Positions 38,520 to 48,262 of a stretch of DNA of 64,000 bases are shown here, in pieces. The notes beneath the pieces are model-generated. The model worked only from the letters and a program-made list of their open reading frames with translations. It had not been told where the DNA came from and did no database searches. Made by a program: the position numbers and the translations under genes. The stretch is from an uncultured Candidatus Saccharibacteria bacterium (GTDB lineage Bacteria; Patescibacteriota; Minisyncoccia; Phycocordibacterales; UBA9973): assembly GCA_964626965.1 (NCBI GenBank), contig CAZVHB010000003.1:12256-76255 (forward strand), given 5' to 3'. Within the stretch, counting starts at the first letter, position 1; each line of letters begins with the position of its first letter.

Positions 38520-39620
38520 TTAGTAGGTTTGAATAACAATAACAAGCCCAGAATTGTAGTTACTCACGTAGAGTTTTGTGCCAACGAGTGTCGCATATGA
38601 TGGACCAGTAGAAACTGGGATCACTTGGAGCACACTGTTAGAAACTGTGCTGATCGCCGATACAGAGTTAGAGAGGTTGTTGTTTGTATATATTCGTGAA
38701 CCGACAACTGTAGAAAAATAGTTATGTACACCACCAGTTACTATTGGTGTTGGGAGCACCGTATTTGTCGTTGTATCAATTACAGAGATAGTACTATTTC
38801 CATAATTATTGACATAGAGTTTTGTACCAACAGACACAGATGAAGTTGGATTTACTCCGACAGACAATGTAGTGATAAGCGTATTTGTTACTGTATTGAT
38901 TACGGCAACTTGATTCGTAAAATATAAATTTACATACAATTTATTTCCAACAAGGGTCGCAGAGCGAGGATATGTACCAAGTGATACAACTCCCAAGAAA
39001 GTACTCGTTACTGTATCGTAAATAGTAATTCCAGGGTAGTTCAAAACTGTATTATCATTATCTCCAATATAGAGTTTCGTCCCAACTGCTGTAATAGTGC
39101 TTGGGTTAATCCCCACATAAATACTTGGAAGGAGGGTGTTCGTCACGGTATCGATGACTGGAATTTCACCAATCCCATTTCCTCCGTTAATGACATACAG
39201 TTTTGTTCCGATAGCCGTCGAAAATGTCGGATAACCACCAATGGTAAGTGTTGTGGTAACTGTATTCGTAGTGGTATTAATCACGGAGACTGTTCCCCCT
39301 GTATTATTCACATAGACATATGAACCAACTGCAGTAAGATCATACGGATGCACCCCCACAGGAATATTCATTATGTTTGTGTTGGTTGCGGTGTCGATTA
39401 CAGAGACAGTATTAGCGAGATAGTTACTCACATACACCTTGCCACCAACGGCAACAGAAAAATGAGCCCCATTACCTGTTTGGATTTTAGTGATAATTCG
39501 ATCAATTTTAACTGATACTTCAGCACCATCTACAATAGCTGGTGTACACATAATAAAAACACAAAAAACAAGAACCACTATACACACTATGTTCCCTAAA
39601 AGGGATTTTTGACTTTTCAT
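38520..39620 (-). CDS. YVTN-family beta-propeller repeat protein, N-terminally membrane-anchored/secreted
   Basis: About 8 tandem ~40-aa repeats 'G.KLYV.N...NTVSVIDT.TNTV..TI.VG..P' (YVTN propeller); N-terminal hydrophobic helix. Confidence 0.6.
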   Translation of the reverse strand: MKSQKSLLGNIVCIVVLVFCVFIMCTPAIVDGAEVSVKIDRIITKIQTGNGAHFSVAVGGKVYVSNYLANTVSVIDTATNTNIMNIPVGVHPYDLTAVGSYVYVNNTGGTVSVINTTTNTVTTTLTIGGYPTFSTAIGTKLYVINGGNGIGEIPVIDTVTNTLLPSIYVGINPSTITAVGTKLYIGDNDNTVLNYPGITIYDTVTSTFLGVVSLGTYPRSATLVGNKLYVNLYFTNQVAVINTVTNTLITTLSVGVNPTSSVSVGTKLYVNNYGNSTISVIDTTTNTVLPTPIVTGGVHNYFSTVVGSRIYTNNNLSNSVSAISTVSNSVLQVIPVSTGPSYATLVGTKLYVSNYNSGLVIVIQTY

Positions 39621-39713
39621 AAGAAATACATTATTTTCCTTTAATGTATTTTACATTACCACAAAGTAATAATTATGTAAATATCATCTATACTATACTG
39701 TTACTTCTTGAGA

Positions 39714-41366
39714 CTAGTTTGTTTGGATGACGCTCACAGTGCCAGAACCATAATTTGAAACATAGAGTTTTGTTCCTACGGCTGTTGAGTAAGATGGACC
39801 AGAGCCCACTGTTACCGTACTTGTTACTGTGTTTGAAAGTGTATCGATAACGGAGACGGTACCTGATGAGTTGTTATTTGTGTACACCTTACTACTGAGC
39901 GTAGTGGAGTATTGCGTGTTGCTACCAACAGAGATAGTCGAAATTACTCCATTCGTAGTTACATTAATAACTGAGACAGTTCCACCATTTTGGTTATTGA
40001 CATAGAGTGCATTACCCACAACGACTGAGTATGCTGGACTCGTACCGACGGGAATAGTAGTAGAGAGGGTTTCTGTTGACGTGTTAATCACAGCAACTTG
40101 GTTGGTCAAGTTAAGATTGATGAACAATTTAGTTCCTGAGAGGGTTGCTGATTTTGGAACAGAAGGGAGAGTGATAAAGTTAGTAATAATACCTGAAGTT
40201 GTGTCGAGAATATGAACCCCTGGGTTAAATGGATCGGTCTCTGGTATATAAATCTTTGCACCAACAACTGTCAGTGAACCGGAACTACTTGCATAAATCC
40301 AACTATCATATGTATTTGTCGTTGTATTGATAACTGTAAGTCCAGAAGTATCAGATACGTACAATTTAGTACCGACGGCGACTGCCCATATTGGCATGAA
40401 GCCAACAGTTGTGATTGTTGTTGAGACAGTATCAGTTGCAGTATTAATTACCGATACAGTGTTAGAGCCTGAATTAGGTACATATACATATGATCCAACT
40501 GCAGTAAGTGCATACGGATGACTTCCTACAGGAATAGTTGCAATCAATGTATCAGTTGCAGTATTAATTACCGATACAGTATTTGCATTGTAATTACTGA
40601 CATACACTTTGGATCCTGCAGCAACAGAGAAGTGAGAACCACTTCCAGTAGTGATAGTCGAGATAACGCTAGGGCCTGAGATTGCACCACCAACAGTGAA
40701 TGAGACATTGGAAACCTGGGTTCCACCCGTAAAGGTTGAGGTGATTGTTATAATTTGAGTACCCGCACTATACGCATTTGTGGTAGTACACGTAACAGTT
40801 GTACTGATTGCCGGACTCGGTGAACATATGTACCCAGGAATTGTGACCACATCACCTATGTTTGTAGAAACGATAATGTCAGGAGTAGTATCAGGAGTTG
40901 AAAACGGCATTGTTGCAGAACCCCCAAGGCTCAACACTGGACCAGTCGCATTATTACAACTCTTTGGTCCTGCTGTATTAAGTAGTAAACCAGGAACTTG
41001 TTTTGAATTACCATCAGCATCAATACACCAATATCGAGAAGGATCAGTTTTCATAGGAACAACAAGAGCAAAAGATGTTGCATCTGAATAGCTACTATAT
41101 GTACCTGGAGCAAGCCCCGCATCAGTAATGAGCTTTGTTAATTTTGTGGCCGCAGCGCCTGATGTAAATATATTCGTAAATGGAGTAGATCCCGCATTCG
41201 TCTGACTCATAACTTCAGCCTGAAGACTCTTGAGTGATCCAACACGACGAGCATCTTCCCCTTTCGCGCGTGCTTCTTGGAGTGTTGGAAGAAATACTGA
41301 TGCAAGAAATGACACAATCGCCATAACAATAAGAAGCTCAATAAGTGTAAAAGCCTTTTGATTCAT
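39714..41366 (-). CDS. type IV pilin-like protein (class III signal peptide) fused to Thr-rich linker and YVTN beta-propeller; paralogue of 38520-39620
   Basis: 'MNQKAFTLIELLIVMAIVSFLASV' prepilin N-methylation motif (start chosen at 41366; the ORF-track start 41453 adds 29 aa). C-terminal repeats are near-identical to the neighbouring gene. Confidence 0.6.
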   Translation of the reverse strand: MNQKAFTLIELLIVMAIVSFLASVFLPTLQEARAKGEDARRVGSLKSLQAEVMSQTNAGSTPFTNIFTSGAAATKLTKLITDAGLAPGTYSSYSDATSFALVVPMKTDPSRYWCIDADGNSKQVPGLLLNTAGPKSCNNATGPVLSLGGSATMPFSTPDTTPDIIVSTNIGDVVTIPGYICSPSPAISTTVTCTTTNAYSAGTQIITITSTFTGGTQVSNVSFTVGGAISGPSVISTITTGSGSHFSVAAGSKVYVSNYNANTVSVINTATDTLIATIPVGSHPYALTAVGSYVYVPNSGSNTVSVINTATDTVSTTITTVGFMPIWAVAVGTKLYVSDTSGLTVINTTTNTYDSWIYASSSGSLTVVGAKIYIPETDPFNPGVHILDTTSGIITNFITLPSVPKSATLSGTKLFINLNLTNQVAVINTSTETLSTTIPVGTSPAYSVVVGNALYVNNQNGGTVSVINVTTNGVISTISVGSNTQYSTTLSSKVYTNNNSSGTVSVIDTLSNTVTSTVTVGSGPSYSTAVGTKLYVSNYGSGTVSVIQTN

Positions 41367-41524
41367 TCTATTGTTAAATCGACACCATTTTTTAGAACCA
41401 GAAAGTGTACAATTTTTGATAAATTTTTTTGCGTAAGATTGAGCTAAATTCATATACCTTTATAATACGTGGAATAGGGTTGTATTGCAAACGACCAGCA
41501 CGGTCTTTTGCACCTTCTATAGAG

Positions 41525-41557
41525 AAAAGCAGGGCGCCCATAGGGCGCCCTGCTTTT
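41525..41557. terminator. bidirectional terminator downstream of nrdB
   Basis: AAAAGCAGGGCGCC-CATA-GGGCGCCCTGCTTTT. Confidence 0.75.
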
Positions 41558-41643
41558 CTATGCCTCTTGTTTTATCATTTAGCATTTATAACCCCGAAGC
41601 TCTGTTCGGGATCCCGACTTTACGTCGGGATTTAGCATTATTA

Positions 41644-42642
41644 CTACTTTTCTTCTTCTTTCTTTGAGTGTCCACTCGCATCTACTTCATACGCAGTGTT
41701 TTGTGCTTCAAAAAAGTTTACGAGTTCGTACACATCTGTTGCACCTGACATCCATTTTGCTGGATTGGTTGCGTTGTAGTATTTTGGCATACCGAGTTCT
41801 TCGAGTCTTCGATCAGCGACATACTTCACATATTGGTTCACATAGTCAGCGTTCAGTCCCAAAATTCCATTTGGGAACAAGTCTTTGTTGTATGCAACTT
41901 CGAGATCTACTCCTTCGATAACAATATTTCGAATTTCTTCAGCAAACTCTGGAGTAAGGATTTCATGGTTCTCTTCCAAGATGTTCATAATGAGGTTCAT
42001 TCCAAATTTCAAGTGGAGTGATTCATCTCGAATTACCCAGTTGACCATTGATCCGAAGTTTCTAAGTTTATTTCTCTGACGGAAAGAGAGTACCACCATA
42101 AATCCTGAGTAGAACCAGATTCCTTCCATGACGATATTGGTCGCAACAAGGTTTCGGATGAAATCCTTCTTCCCTTCTGGACTCTCGATATCGAGCGTGA
42201 CTTCTGTCATACGCTTGAGATAGTTTGTGATGAACGCTTCTTTCTTGACCATCGAATCAGTAATCGTGTGGATTTTGTAAATCGTATCGCGATCCATCGG
42301 AAATGTTTCAAGAACGTATTCAAATGCAACACAGTGATTTGCTTCTTCCCACATTTGTTTTGCGAGATAGAGGTGACATTCAGGTGACTTGATATATGGA
42401 TACACACCGAGCGCAAGCGAACGATTCACAATAAGTTCTGCTGGATTAAAGAATGACATCAAAAATCGTACAGCGTGACGTTCATCTTCGGTCATTGCAC
42501 TCCAGTCAGTGAGATCTTCACCGAGTGGAATTTCGTGAGGAAACCAGGTGTTTCGCACAGCTTGGTTGTAGAGTTCGTATGCCCATTTGTAGTGCATTGG
42601 GTGAAGACTTGTGTCTTCTGGTGAGGCTTTTCCTAGTAACAT
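41644..42642 (-). CDS. nrdB: ribonucleoside-diphosphate reductase beta subunit (class Ia)
   Basis: Diiron ligand motifs 'EEANHCVAFEYVLE', 'ESLHLKFG...'; 332 aa. Confidence 0.85.
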   Translation of the reverse strand: MLLGKASPEDTSLHPMHYKWAYELYNQAVRNTWFPHEIPLGEDLTDWSAMTEDERHAVRFLMSFFNPAELIVNRSLALGVYPYIKSPECHLYLAKQMWEEANHCVAFEYVLETFPMDRDTIYKIHTITDSMVKKEAFITNYLKRMTEVTLDIESPEGKKDFIRNLVATNIVMEGIWFYSGFMVVLSFRQRNKLRNFGSMVNWVIRDESLHLKFGMNLIMNILEENHEILTPEFAEEIRNIVIEGVDLEVAYNKDLFPNGILGLNADYVNQYVKYVADRRLEELGMPKYYNATNPAKWMSGATDVYELVNFFEAQNTAYEVDASGHSKKEEEK

Positions 42643-42671
42643 AGTAGATTATAGATTAATTAATAACTTCT

Positions 42672-45263
42672 TTATTCGCACCCTTCACAAATATTTGCAT
42701 CGTTTGGATCAGTCGGTCCATGAACAGTGATTTTTACTTTTGCTGTTGCACTTGGTACTGCGATTTCAACTAAATCTTCTGTAATTGTTTCTACTGCATG
42801 TGCTTCAATCTTTGCGTCTACAAGCGGTGAAACGGTTTCGAATGTGGTGACAGGACTTACAACTACTCCTTCTTCTTTTGGAGTAAAGAGTCCAGCAAAA
42901 CCACGATGACCCATAGCTTCTGATTTATTCACACGAGTCGTTGATTGTTCAGCTGTATGTGTTGGCTTCATGTGAAGGTAGTATGTTGTTTTCAAACCTT
43001 TCTCCCATGCAGTACTGTATACCTTCATCACTTCATTCACATCACGAATAGAGAGATACATGTTTCGAGAGATTGCTTGGTCTACCCATTTTTGTGCACG
43101 AGCGGCAACTTCGATAAAAGCGAGTGGTGATGTACTAAATGATGTTTTATAAATATCTTTCACATATTGTGGAATTTCTGAAATTTCTTCAATGTCGCCA
43201 TGATTTTCAAGAATTTGCTCACGCACCTTTTCCCAGAGTCCGAGTGCTCGGAGGTCTGATACGAGGTTTGGATTCACTTCAAGATATTTTCCAGAAATTT
43301 TATTTCGAGAGAACATTTGTGCAAAACGAGGATCGATACCAGGGGAAGTTCCAGCGACGAGACCAATATTTGCATTTGGGGCAATCGCAAGCACTGTTGC
43401 ATTTCGAATCCCCTTCTTTACTTTCTTTCGGAGTTCATCCCAATCAAGTTGTGGAATACCTGCAACAGATTCAACTGGAGTAGAGAAAGATTCACCGCGG
43501 AGTTCTTTGAGTTTCTTGAGTGAATCAATTGGAACCATTCCTTTTGACCAACCTGACCCTTCAAAGTTTTTGTATGAACCACGTTCTTCAGCAAGCTTCG
43601 CACTCTCATCAATCGCCATGTAAGAAATAAATTCAAACACCTTGTCAGAAAAATCATGTGCTTGGACATCTTCATAAGAAAAACCGAGTTGTTCAATAGC
43701 ATCAGCAAATCCCATCACACCGAGTCCTACTGCCCTGTTTTCACTATCAGCTTTTTTTGCTTCGGCGACAGTAAGTTGGTTTACATCAATCAAGTTATCG
43801 AGCTGTCGTGTTGCTAATCGTGCTGATTCCTCAAGGCGCATCCAGTCGATTTGTTTGTTCACAATGTGACGCGCAATGTTAATAGAGATCAAGTTACACA
43901 CGGCAATATTGTCTTTATCTTGAGGGAGCGTGACTTCAGTACAAAGGTTTGAACAGTGAATTGTTCCAGTATTGTTATTGAGTGCGCGAACGTTGATCGT
44001 ATCTTTCCAAGTAAGCCATGGATGAGATGTTGTCTGGAGTGAGACGAGGATATTCTTGTATTGTTGTCGAGCTGGGAGCTTTTGCCAGAGAGTTATTTTC
44101 CCTTCTTCGGCCATTTGGCAGTATTCATTGTATCTTTTTGAAAATGCTTCTCCGTAAAGCTCAACGAGATCAGAAACTTCTTTTGGATCAAACAAATACC
44201 AGTCTTTGTCTTCTTGTACACGATTCATGAATTCATCTGAGAGATACACAGCAGTATTTGCTGTACGAGTACGTCTGTAGTCGTCTCCTGCATTTTGTTT
44301 CAGATCAAGGAAATCTTGGAAATCGATATGCCAGTTTTCCATGTAGAAACAGAGTGCTCCTTTTTTCTTTCCACCACGTTGCACAGCGCGAACAGCAGAG
44401 TCGATGATATGAAGAAATGGAATCGGTCCAGATGAAATAGTATTGTTTGATTTGAGTGTTGATCCGTTTGCTCGAAGTTTTGTCACAGCAAGTCCAATAC
44501 CACCAGTTGCTTTTGAAAGCATGAGCACATCTTTGACTGTCTTTCCGATATGATCCATATCGTCTTCGACTTGCATCAAGTAACAGTTTGAAAGCGATGC
44601 ACGTGTTGTTCCTGCGCCGATATTTGTTGAACCAGCTGAAAGATATTCAAGTCGTGACATTTTGTCATAGAATTTTTTTGCAACTTCATTTGGATTTTTT
44701 TCAAAGAGTGACATTCCCATCGCAACACGCATCCAAAAGTATTGAGGAATCTCGAGAGGGTTTTGTTTGCTATCTTTAATGAGGTAGCGGTCTTTCATTG
44801 TTGAGAGTCCAGAGTACTTGTAGAGCTCATCGCGTTCTGGTTTAAGAAATCCTGCGAGTTCATCGAGGTTGAATAATGTTCCGAGTTTTGGATCAAGAAG
44901 TCCAAGTTCTACACAGAGTTTGATGTAGTGAGAAAAATGTTCTTTATGAAGCTTATTAAATTCTTCTTTCGTCTCAAAATCCCCTATCGCTTTTTTGTAG
45001 ATAGTTTTTAGGAGGAGTCGTGTCGCAATTTTATCGTAATCGAGGTCGTATTGTGCGTTTTGAAGAGCAGCATTGATAGTCGCTTGGTCCAATTCTTCAG
45101 TCGTAATACCACTATAGAGCGTCAATTCTGTTTCTGACGCGATCTGGGTAACTTTTTCAATTGGATTTTCAATACCAATACACGCACGTTCGATCGATTT
45201 ATTAATCTGATCTGCATTAAATGGGACTTTCTCTCCATCTCGTTTTGTGACCAATATACTCAT
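42672..45263 (-). CDS. nrdA: ribonucleoside-diphosphate reductase alpha subunit (class I) with N-terminal ATP-cone and C-terminal CxxC tail
   Basis: 'ILVTKRDGEKVPFNADQINKSIERA' ATP cone, active-site 'NLCTE', C-terminal '...CEGCE'. Start placed at MSILVTK; the ORF-track start at 45359 is possible. Confidence 0.85.
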   Translation of the reverse strand: MSILVTKRDGEKVPFNADQINKSIERACIGIENPIEKVTQIASETELTLYSGITTEELDQATINAALQNAQYDLDYDKIATRLLLKTIYKKAIGDFETKEEFNKLHKEHFSHYIKLCVELGLLDPKLGTLFNLDELAGFLKPERDELYKYSGLSTMKDRYLIKDSKQNPLEIPQYFWMRVAMGMSLFEKNPNEVAKKFYDKMSRLEYLSAGSTNIGAGTTRASLSNCYLMQVEDDMDHIGKTVKDVLMLSKATGGIGLAVTKLRANGSTLKSNNTISSGPIPFLHIIDSAVRAVQRGGKKKGALCFYMENWHIDFQDFLDLKQNAGDDYRRTRTANTAVYLSDEFMNRVQEDKDWYLFDPKEVSDLVELYGEAFSKRYNEYCQMAEEGKITLWQKLPARQQYKNILVSLQTTSHPWLTWKDTINVRALNNNTGTIHCSNLCTEVTLPQDKDNIAVCNLISINIARHIVNKQIDWMRLEESARLATRQLDNLIDVNQLTVAEAKKADSENRAVGLGVMGFADAIEQLGFSYEDVQAHDFSDKVFEFISYMAIDESAKLAEERGSYKNFEGSGWSKGMVPIDSLKKLKELRGESFSTPVESVAGIPQLDWDELRKKVKKGIRNATVLAIAPNANIGLVAGTSPGIDPRFAQMFSRNKISGKYLEVNPNLVSDLRALGLWEKVREQILENHGDIEEISEIPQYVKDIYKTSFSTSPLAFIEVAARAQKWVDQAISRNMYLSIRDVNEVMKVYSTAWEKGLKTTYYLHMKPTHTAEQSTTRVNKSEAMGHRGFAGLFTPKEEGVVVSPVTTFETVSPLVDAKIEAHAVETITEDLVEIAVPSATAKVKITVHGPTDPNDANICEGCE

Positions 45264-45569
45264 GACCTGTAACTCATCATTAACCTTCTTGTAAAAAAAT
45301 ACATGCGAATCGGTCATCAAAAAACCAAACAAAGAATTCCTCACTTGGTTTGTATGCACTTTTCACACCCTCCTAAAAACTTTAGTACTCTTATTCTAAT
45401 CCTTTGCAAAAAAAATGTAAACAAAAAGTATAGTCAAATCACCCGAGAAAGAATATAAAAATGCAAGTCAATACACACTACTAAATAAGGTATACAGTGT
45501 AAGATTTTTTCGGTCTGTCCACAGGTGTTTTTTAAGACAAAAAGTATTAAGATTAGACGCAAAACATAC

Positions 45570-45604
45570 AAAGAGAGGGCACGCTCCGCGTGCCCTCTCT
45601 TTGT
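45570..45604. terminator. bidirectional terminator
   Basis: AAAGAGAGGGCACGC-TCC-GCGTGCCCTCTCTTTGT. Confidence 0.75.
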
Positions 45605-45645
45605 ATTAAAAATATCTTCGTTATCAATTACAAAAATCTACTTCT

Positions 45646-46347
45646 CTATCCTCTCACTCTCAATCTCTTAAATAATTCTATCACTTCATCAACAGAATCA
45701 GTCATCAAAAACATATCAGAATCTCTCGGATCAATAAAACCTTGTTCTTGCATCACAGAAACAATAAACTCATACACAGGATTCCAAAAATCAGTCCCAA
45801 AAAGAATAATTGGTGTACGATTTGCCTTATTTGTCTGCTGAAGTGTGAGTACGCCAAAGAGTTCATCGAACGTTCCGTACCCTCCAGGGCACGCAATGAA
45901 CGCATCGCAGGTATATGACATCATCACCTTACGCGTAAAAAAGAATTTAAAGAGCTGATAGTCAGTTACGTACTTATTGATCGCTTGTTCTTGAGGAAGT
46001 TTAATAGCCATCGCAACAGATTTTTTTGGATCTGCTTCAAATGCACCACGATTTGCTGCTTCCATAATTCCCCCACCTCCACCAGTCGCCACAACCATTC
46101 CACATTCAGAAGTGATACGATACGCAAGCTCTCGAATAGATTCATAATATGGCGCAGTTGATTCCGCACGAGCAGAACCAAAGATAGTAACCATCTTGTT
46201 GTATTTATGCACAAACTCAAACCCAAGAAAAAGTTCTGCTTCGACAGTTTCGAGCATTTTTTCATCGTATTCATTTGCCGCAAGTGCGCGACAAATACCT
46301 TTCATGTCATCTTCGTATATATTTATTTTACTTGTGTTATTTTCCAT
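45646..46347 (-). CDS. LOG-family protein (cytokinin riboside 5'-monophosphate phosphoribohydrolase / TIGR00730 Rossmann-fold nucleotide-binding)
   Basis: 'TIFGSARA', 'VVATGGGGGIMEAANRGA', 'PGGYGTFDELFGVLTLQQT'. Confidence 0.8.
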   Translation of the reverse strand: MENNTSKINIYEDDMKGICRALAANEYDEKMLETVEAELFLGFEFVHKYNKMVTIFGSARAESTAPYYESIRELAYRITSECGMVVATGGGGGIMEAANRGAFEADPKKSVAMAIKLPQEQAINKYVTDYQLFKFFFTRKVMMSYTCDAFIACPGGYGTFDELFGVLTLQQTNKANRTPIILFGTDFWNPVYEFIVSVMQEQGFIDPRDSDMFLMTDSVDEVIELFKRLRVRG

Positions 46348-46651
46348 ATAATTACTATATCACCGATAGTGTGTACAGCGAATTTTGACTTTTACTAAAG
46401 AACATGATATAAATAGAAAAATATTTAAAATAGAGATTACCTAAAAGATACTTGTCGGAACTAAGTAACAGGCATCAAGATGCATTTAGATTTAAAAAAA
46501 TCAGAATAGCAGGGCGGTGAATATCAAAACATTACCCTTGTGGAGGAATGCACACGATAAATGAAGCTTAGTTTCGACAATACCCAATTGACCCGCAGTA
46601 GTAAACACTGTGGGTTTTTTATTTGCTTTTTTATGTTAAACATGTTTTAAT

Positions 46652-47269
46652 GTGTTCAAAATATATACTATGCACCATAAATTTAAACAGAAAGAAATCA
46701 AGGAAATTAGTTCTTTAATTCATGACATCGAAGAAAACTCTGAGGTCAAAAATAAGTTGTTGGATATAATTAGCCGAGCATTCTCACAGAGAAGTTTGGA
46801 ACTTATCCAGCCGGAACAATTTTTAGAAGCACTCCTTGATATTGATGTTATCACACATCAAAACCCAACTCTAGAGGAGTTACGAAAAAAATTCCTATTA
46901 AGTGTTTTTAAGGACACATACTCCGGAGTAATTCAATTTCAAACATTCGAAGAAATTACAAACAAGATTGAGGGTATCAGAGACAAAGCTTGTATAAAAG
47001 CATGGAGGGTTACTTTAGAAAATTTCAACATGCTAGAAAAAAGCACTTTACGAATGCACAACATAGCGGTGAACATCATTGACCCACAAAAAAAGATTTC
47101 AAACCTATCAGATGCACTGCAAAAATGCAATATAGGTGGGCAAAGTTCACTTATAATCCTTAGAGATTTAGCAAAACTTCTATTGGGACATTCTGTAGGG
47201 AAAACAGAAAGGGATGTTGAAAGAGATGGTCGGAACAAAATAAAGCAAAAACAAAAAGTATTTGCCTAA
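46652..47269 (+). CDS. hypothetical protein
   Basis: 205-aa protein-like ORF, no recognisable domain. Confidence 0.4.
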   Translation: MFKIYTMHHKFKQKEIKEISSLIHDIEENSEVKNKLLDIISRAFSQRSLELIQPEQFLEALLDIDVITHQNPTLEELRKKFLLSVFKDTYSGVIQFQTFEEITNKIEGIRDKACIKAWRVTLENFNMLEKSTLRMHNIAVNIIDPQKKISNLSDALQKCNIGGQSSLIILRDLAKLLLGHSVGKTERDVERDGRNKIKQKQKVFA

Positions 47270-47361
47270 AAATCAAACAGACGCAAAGGGCTATCGAAAG
47301 ATGGCTTTTTTTATTACCATCTCCACAATTATAAAAACCTCTTACGAGGTTTTTATAATTG

Positions 47362-47750
47362 TGGAGATGGCGGGTTTCGAGCCCGCGTCTAGAAAAGCTC
47401 GCACTATAGGTCTACGTGTGTAGAGTATTTTTTGATTTAACTGTCTATATTCTAAAATAATCAAAATACATAGAGAGCGAGACGAGATTATTTTAAGTAG
47501 TCAGACTCATCACCTCTGACTACCGAGTGAAAGTGTATAAGACCCAATCTCTTCCCTTTCAACCTAAAAGAGGTGAGTCAACGCTCGGCTTATATACTAA
47601 GCAAGAGCGAAAGCAAAGTTCATCTCACTTGCGTAAGGTGACTCTACTGAACCATTTGCGTTTGCATTTGGGTTTTGCATACAGATTACGAGTACATGCT
47701 TCTCGACACGCGTATAGTGTTTGCCAATCTGGCGAAACAAATACATCCCC
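47362..47750 (-). ncRNA. ssrA: transfer-messenger RNA (tmRNA, ssrA), ~389 nt, with candidate tag reading frame at 47597-47632
   Basis: Minus-strand 3' end AGACGCGGGCUCGAAACCCGCCAUCUCCA aligns with the E. coli tmRNA 3' end GGACGCGGGUUCAACUCCCGCCAGCUCCA(CCA). The 5' end GGGGAUG pairs with CAUCUCC, giving a 7-bp acceptor stem with a G3-U wobble. Internal reading frame GCA AGU GAG AUG AAC UUU GCU UUC GCU CUU GCU UAG (A-S-E-M-N-F-A-F-A-L-A-stop) resembles ANDENYALAA tags. smpB lies 560 bp away. Confidence 0.65.
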
Positions 47751-47875
47751 ATATTTTGTTCTTAATGTGCTCCATACAAAAGACGTACATGTCAGTATAC
47801 CATTACACATCAAAAGTAAGAAATCAAAAATTTGCATTATTTTTTTATTTATTGTAAAATAAACAAAAAAATATT

Positions 47876-48262
47876 ATGCTACAGAGTAAATTAACTATTG
47901 AAGAAATTCTCAATCGTTCTTTCATTAACACTGAAAACAGTATTAGGTCATGGAGAAAAGAAACCGGGCGTTGGTTGTCGTATGGCTCTAAATCTGTAAA
48001 AACAAATTTAGACACACTGATGTCTATTTTTACTAACGATATCCAATGTTTTGCTGATTTAGATCCCAATGATGATGTCATCGCCAGAAAATTGGCGTTT
48101 AAAAAAACTGAGTCACTTTTTAATGCATGGCGGATCGATTTAGATAGCCAGGATTGGTGGTGCTCAACACTCCGTACTCGATTAGATCAAATCCAAATAT
48201 CTTTGTCTCAAGACAAAAATGCTTTCTCCAAACTCTCTCAAAAGGCAACGACAGTTACCTAA
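47876..48262 (+). CDS. hypothetical protein
   Basis: 128-aa protein-like ORF; overlaps an antisense ORF judged spurious. Confidence 0.35.
   Translation: MLQSKLTIEEILNRSFINTENSIRSWRKETGRWLSYGSKSVKTNLDTLMSIFTNDIQCFADLDPNDDVIARKLAFKKTESLFNAWRIDLDSQDWWCSTLRTRLDQIQISLSQDKNAFSKLSQKATTVT

Noticed and set aside
45360-45569. Possible NrdR boxes upstream of nrdA (ACACACTACTAAATAAGGTATACAGTGT)
   Set aside because: There is only a weak resemblance to the NrdR palindrome (two half-matches with wrong spacing), and no nrdR gene is seen in the window. Not supportable by eye.
47349-47367. tRNA-like T-arm GGCGGGTTTCGAGCCCGCG read as a possible stand-alone tRNA on the plus strand
   Set aside because: No matching acceptor/anticodon arms on the plus strand; on the minus strand it is the T-arm of the tmRNA.
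47527-47862. Three overlapping small ORFs (47527-47862 +, 47625-47837 -, 47675-47857 +)
   Set aside because: The region is better explained as the tmRNA gene, and the ORFs are basic, low-complexity and mutually overlapping.
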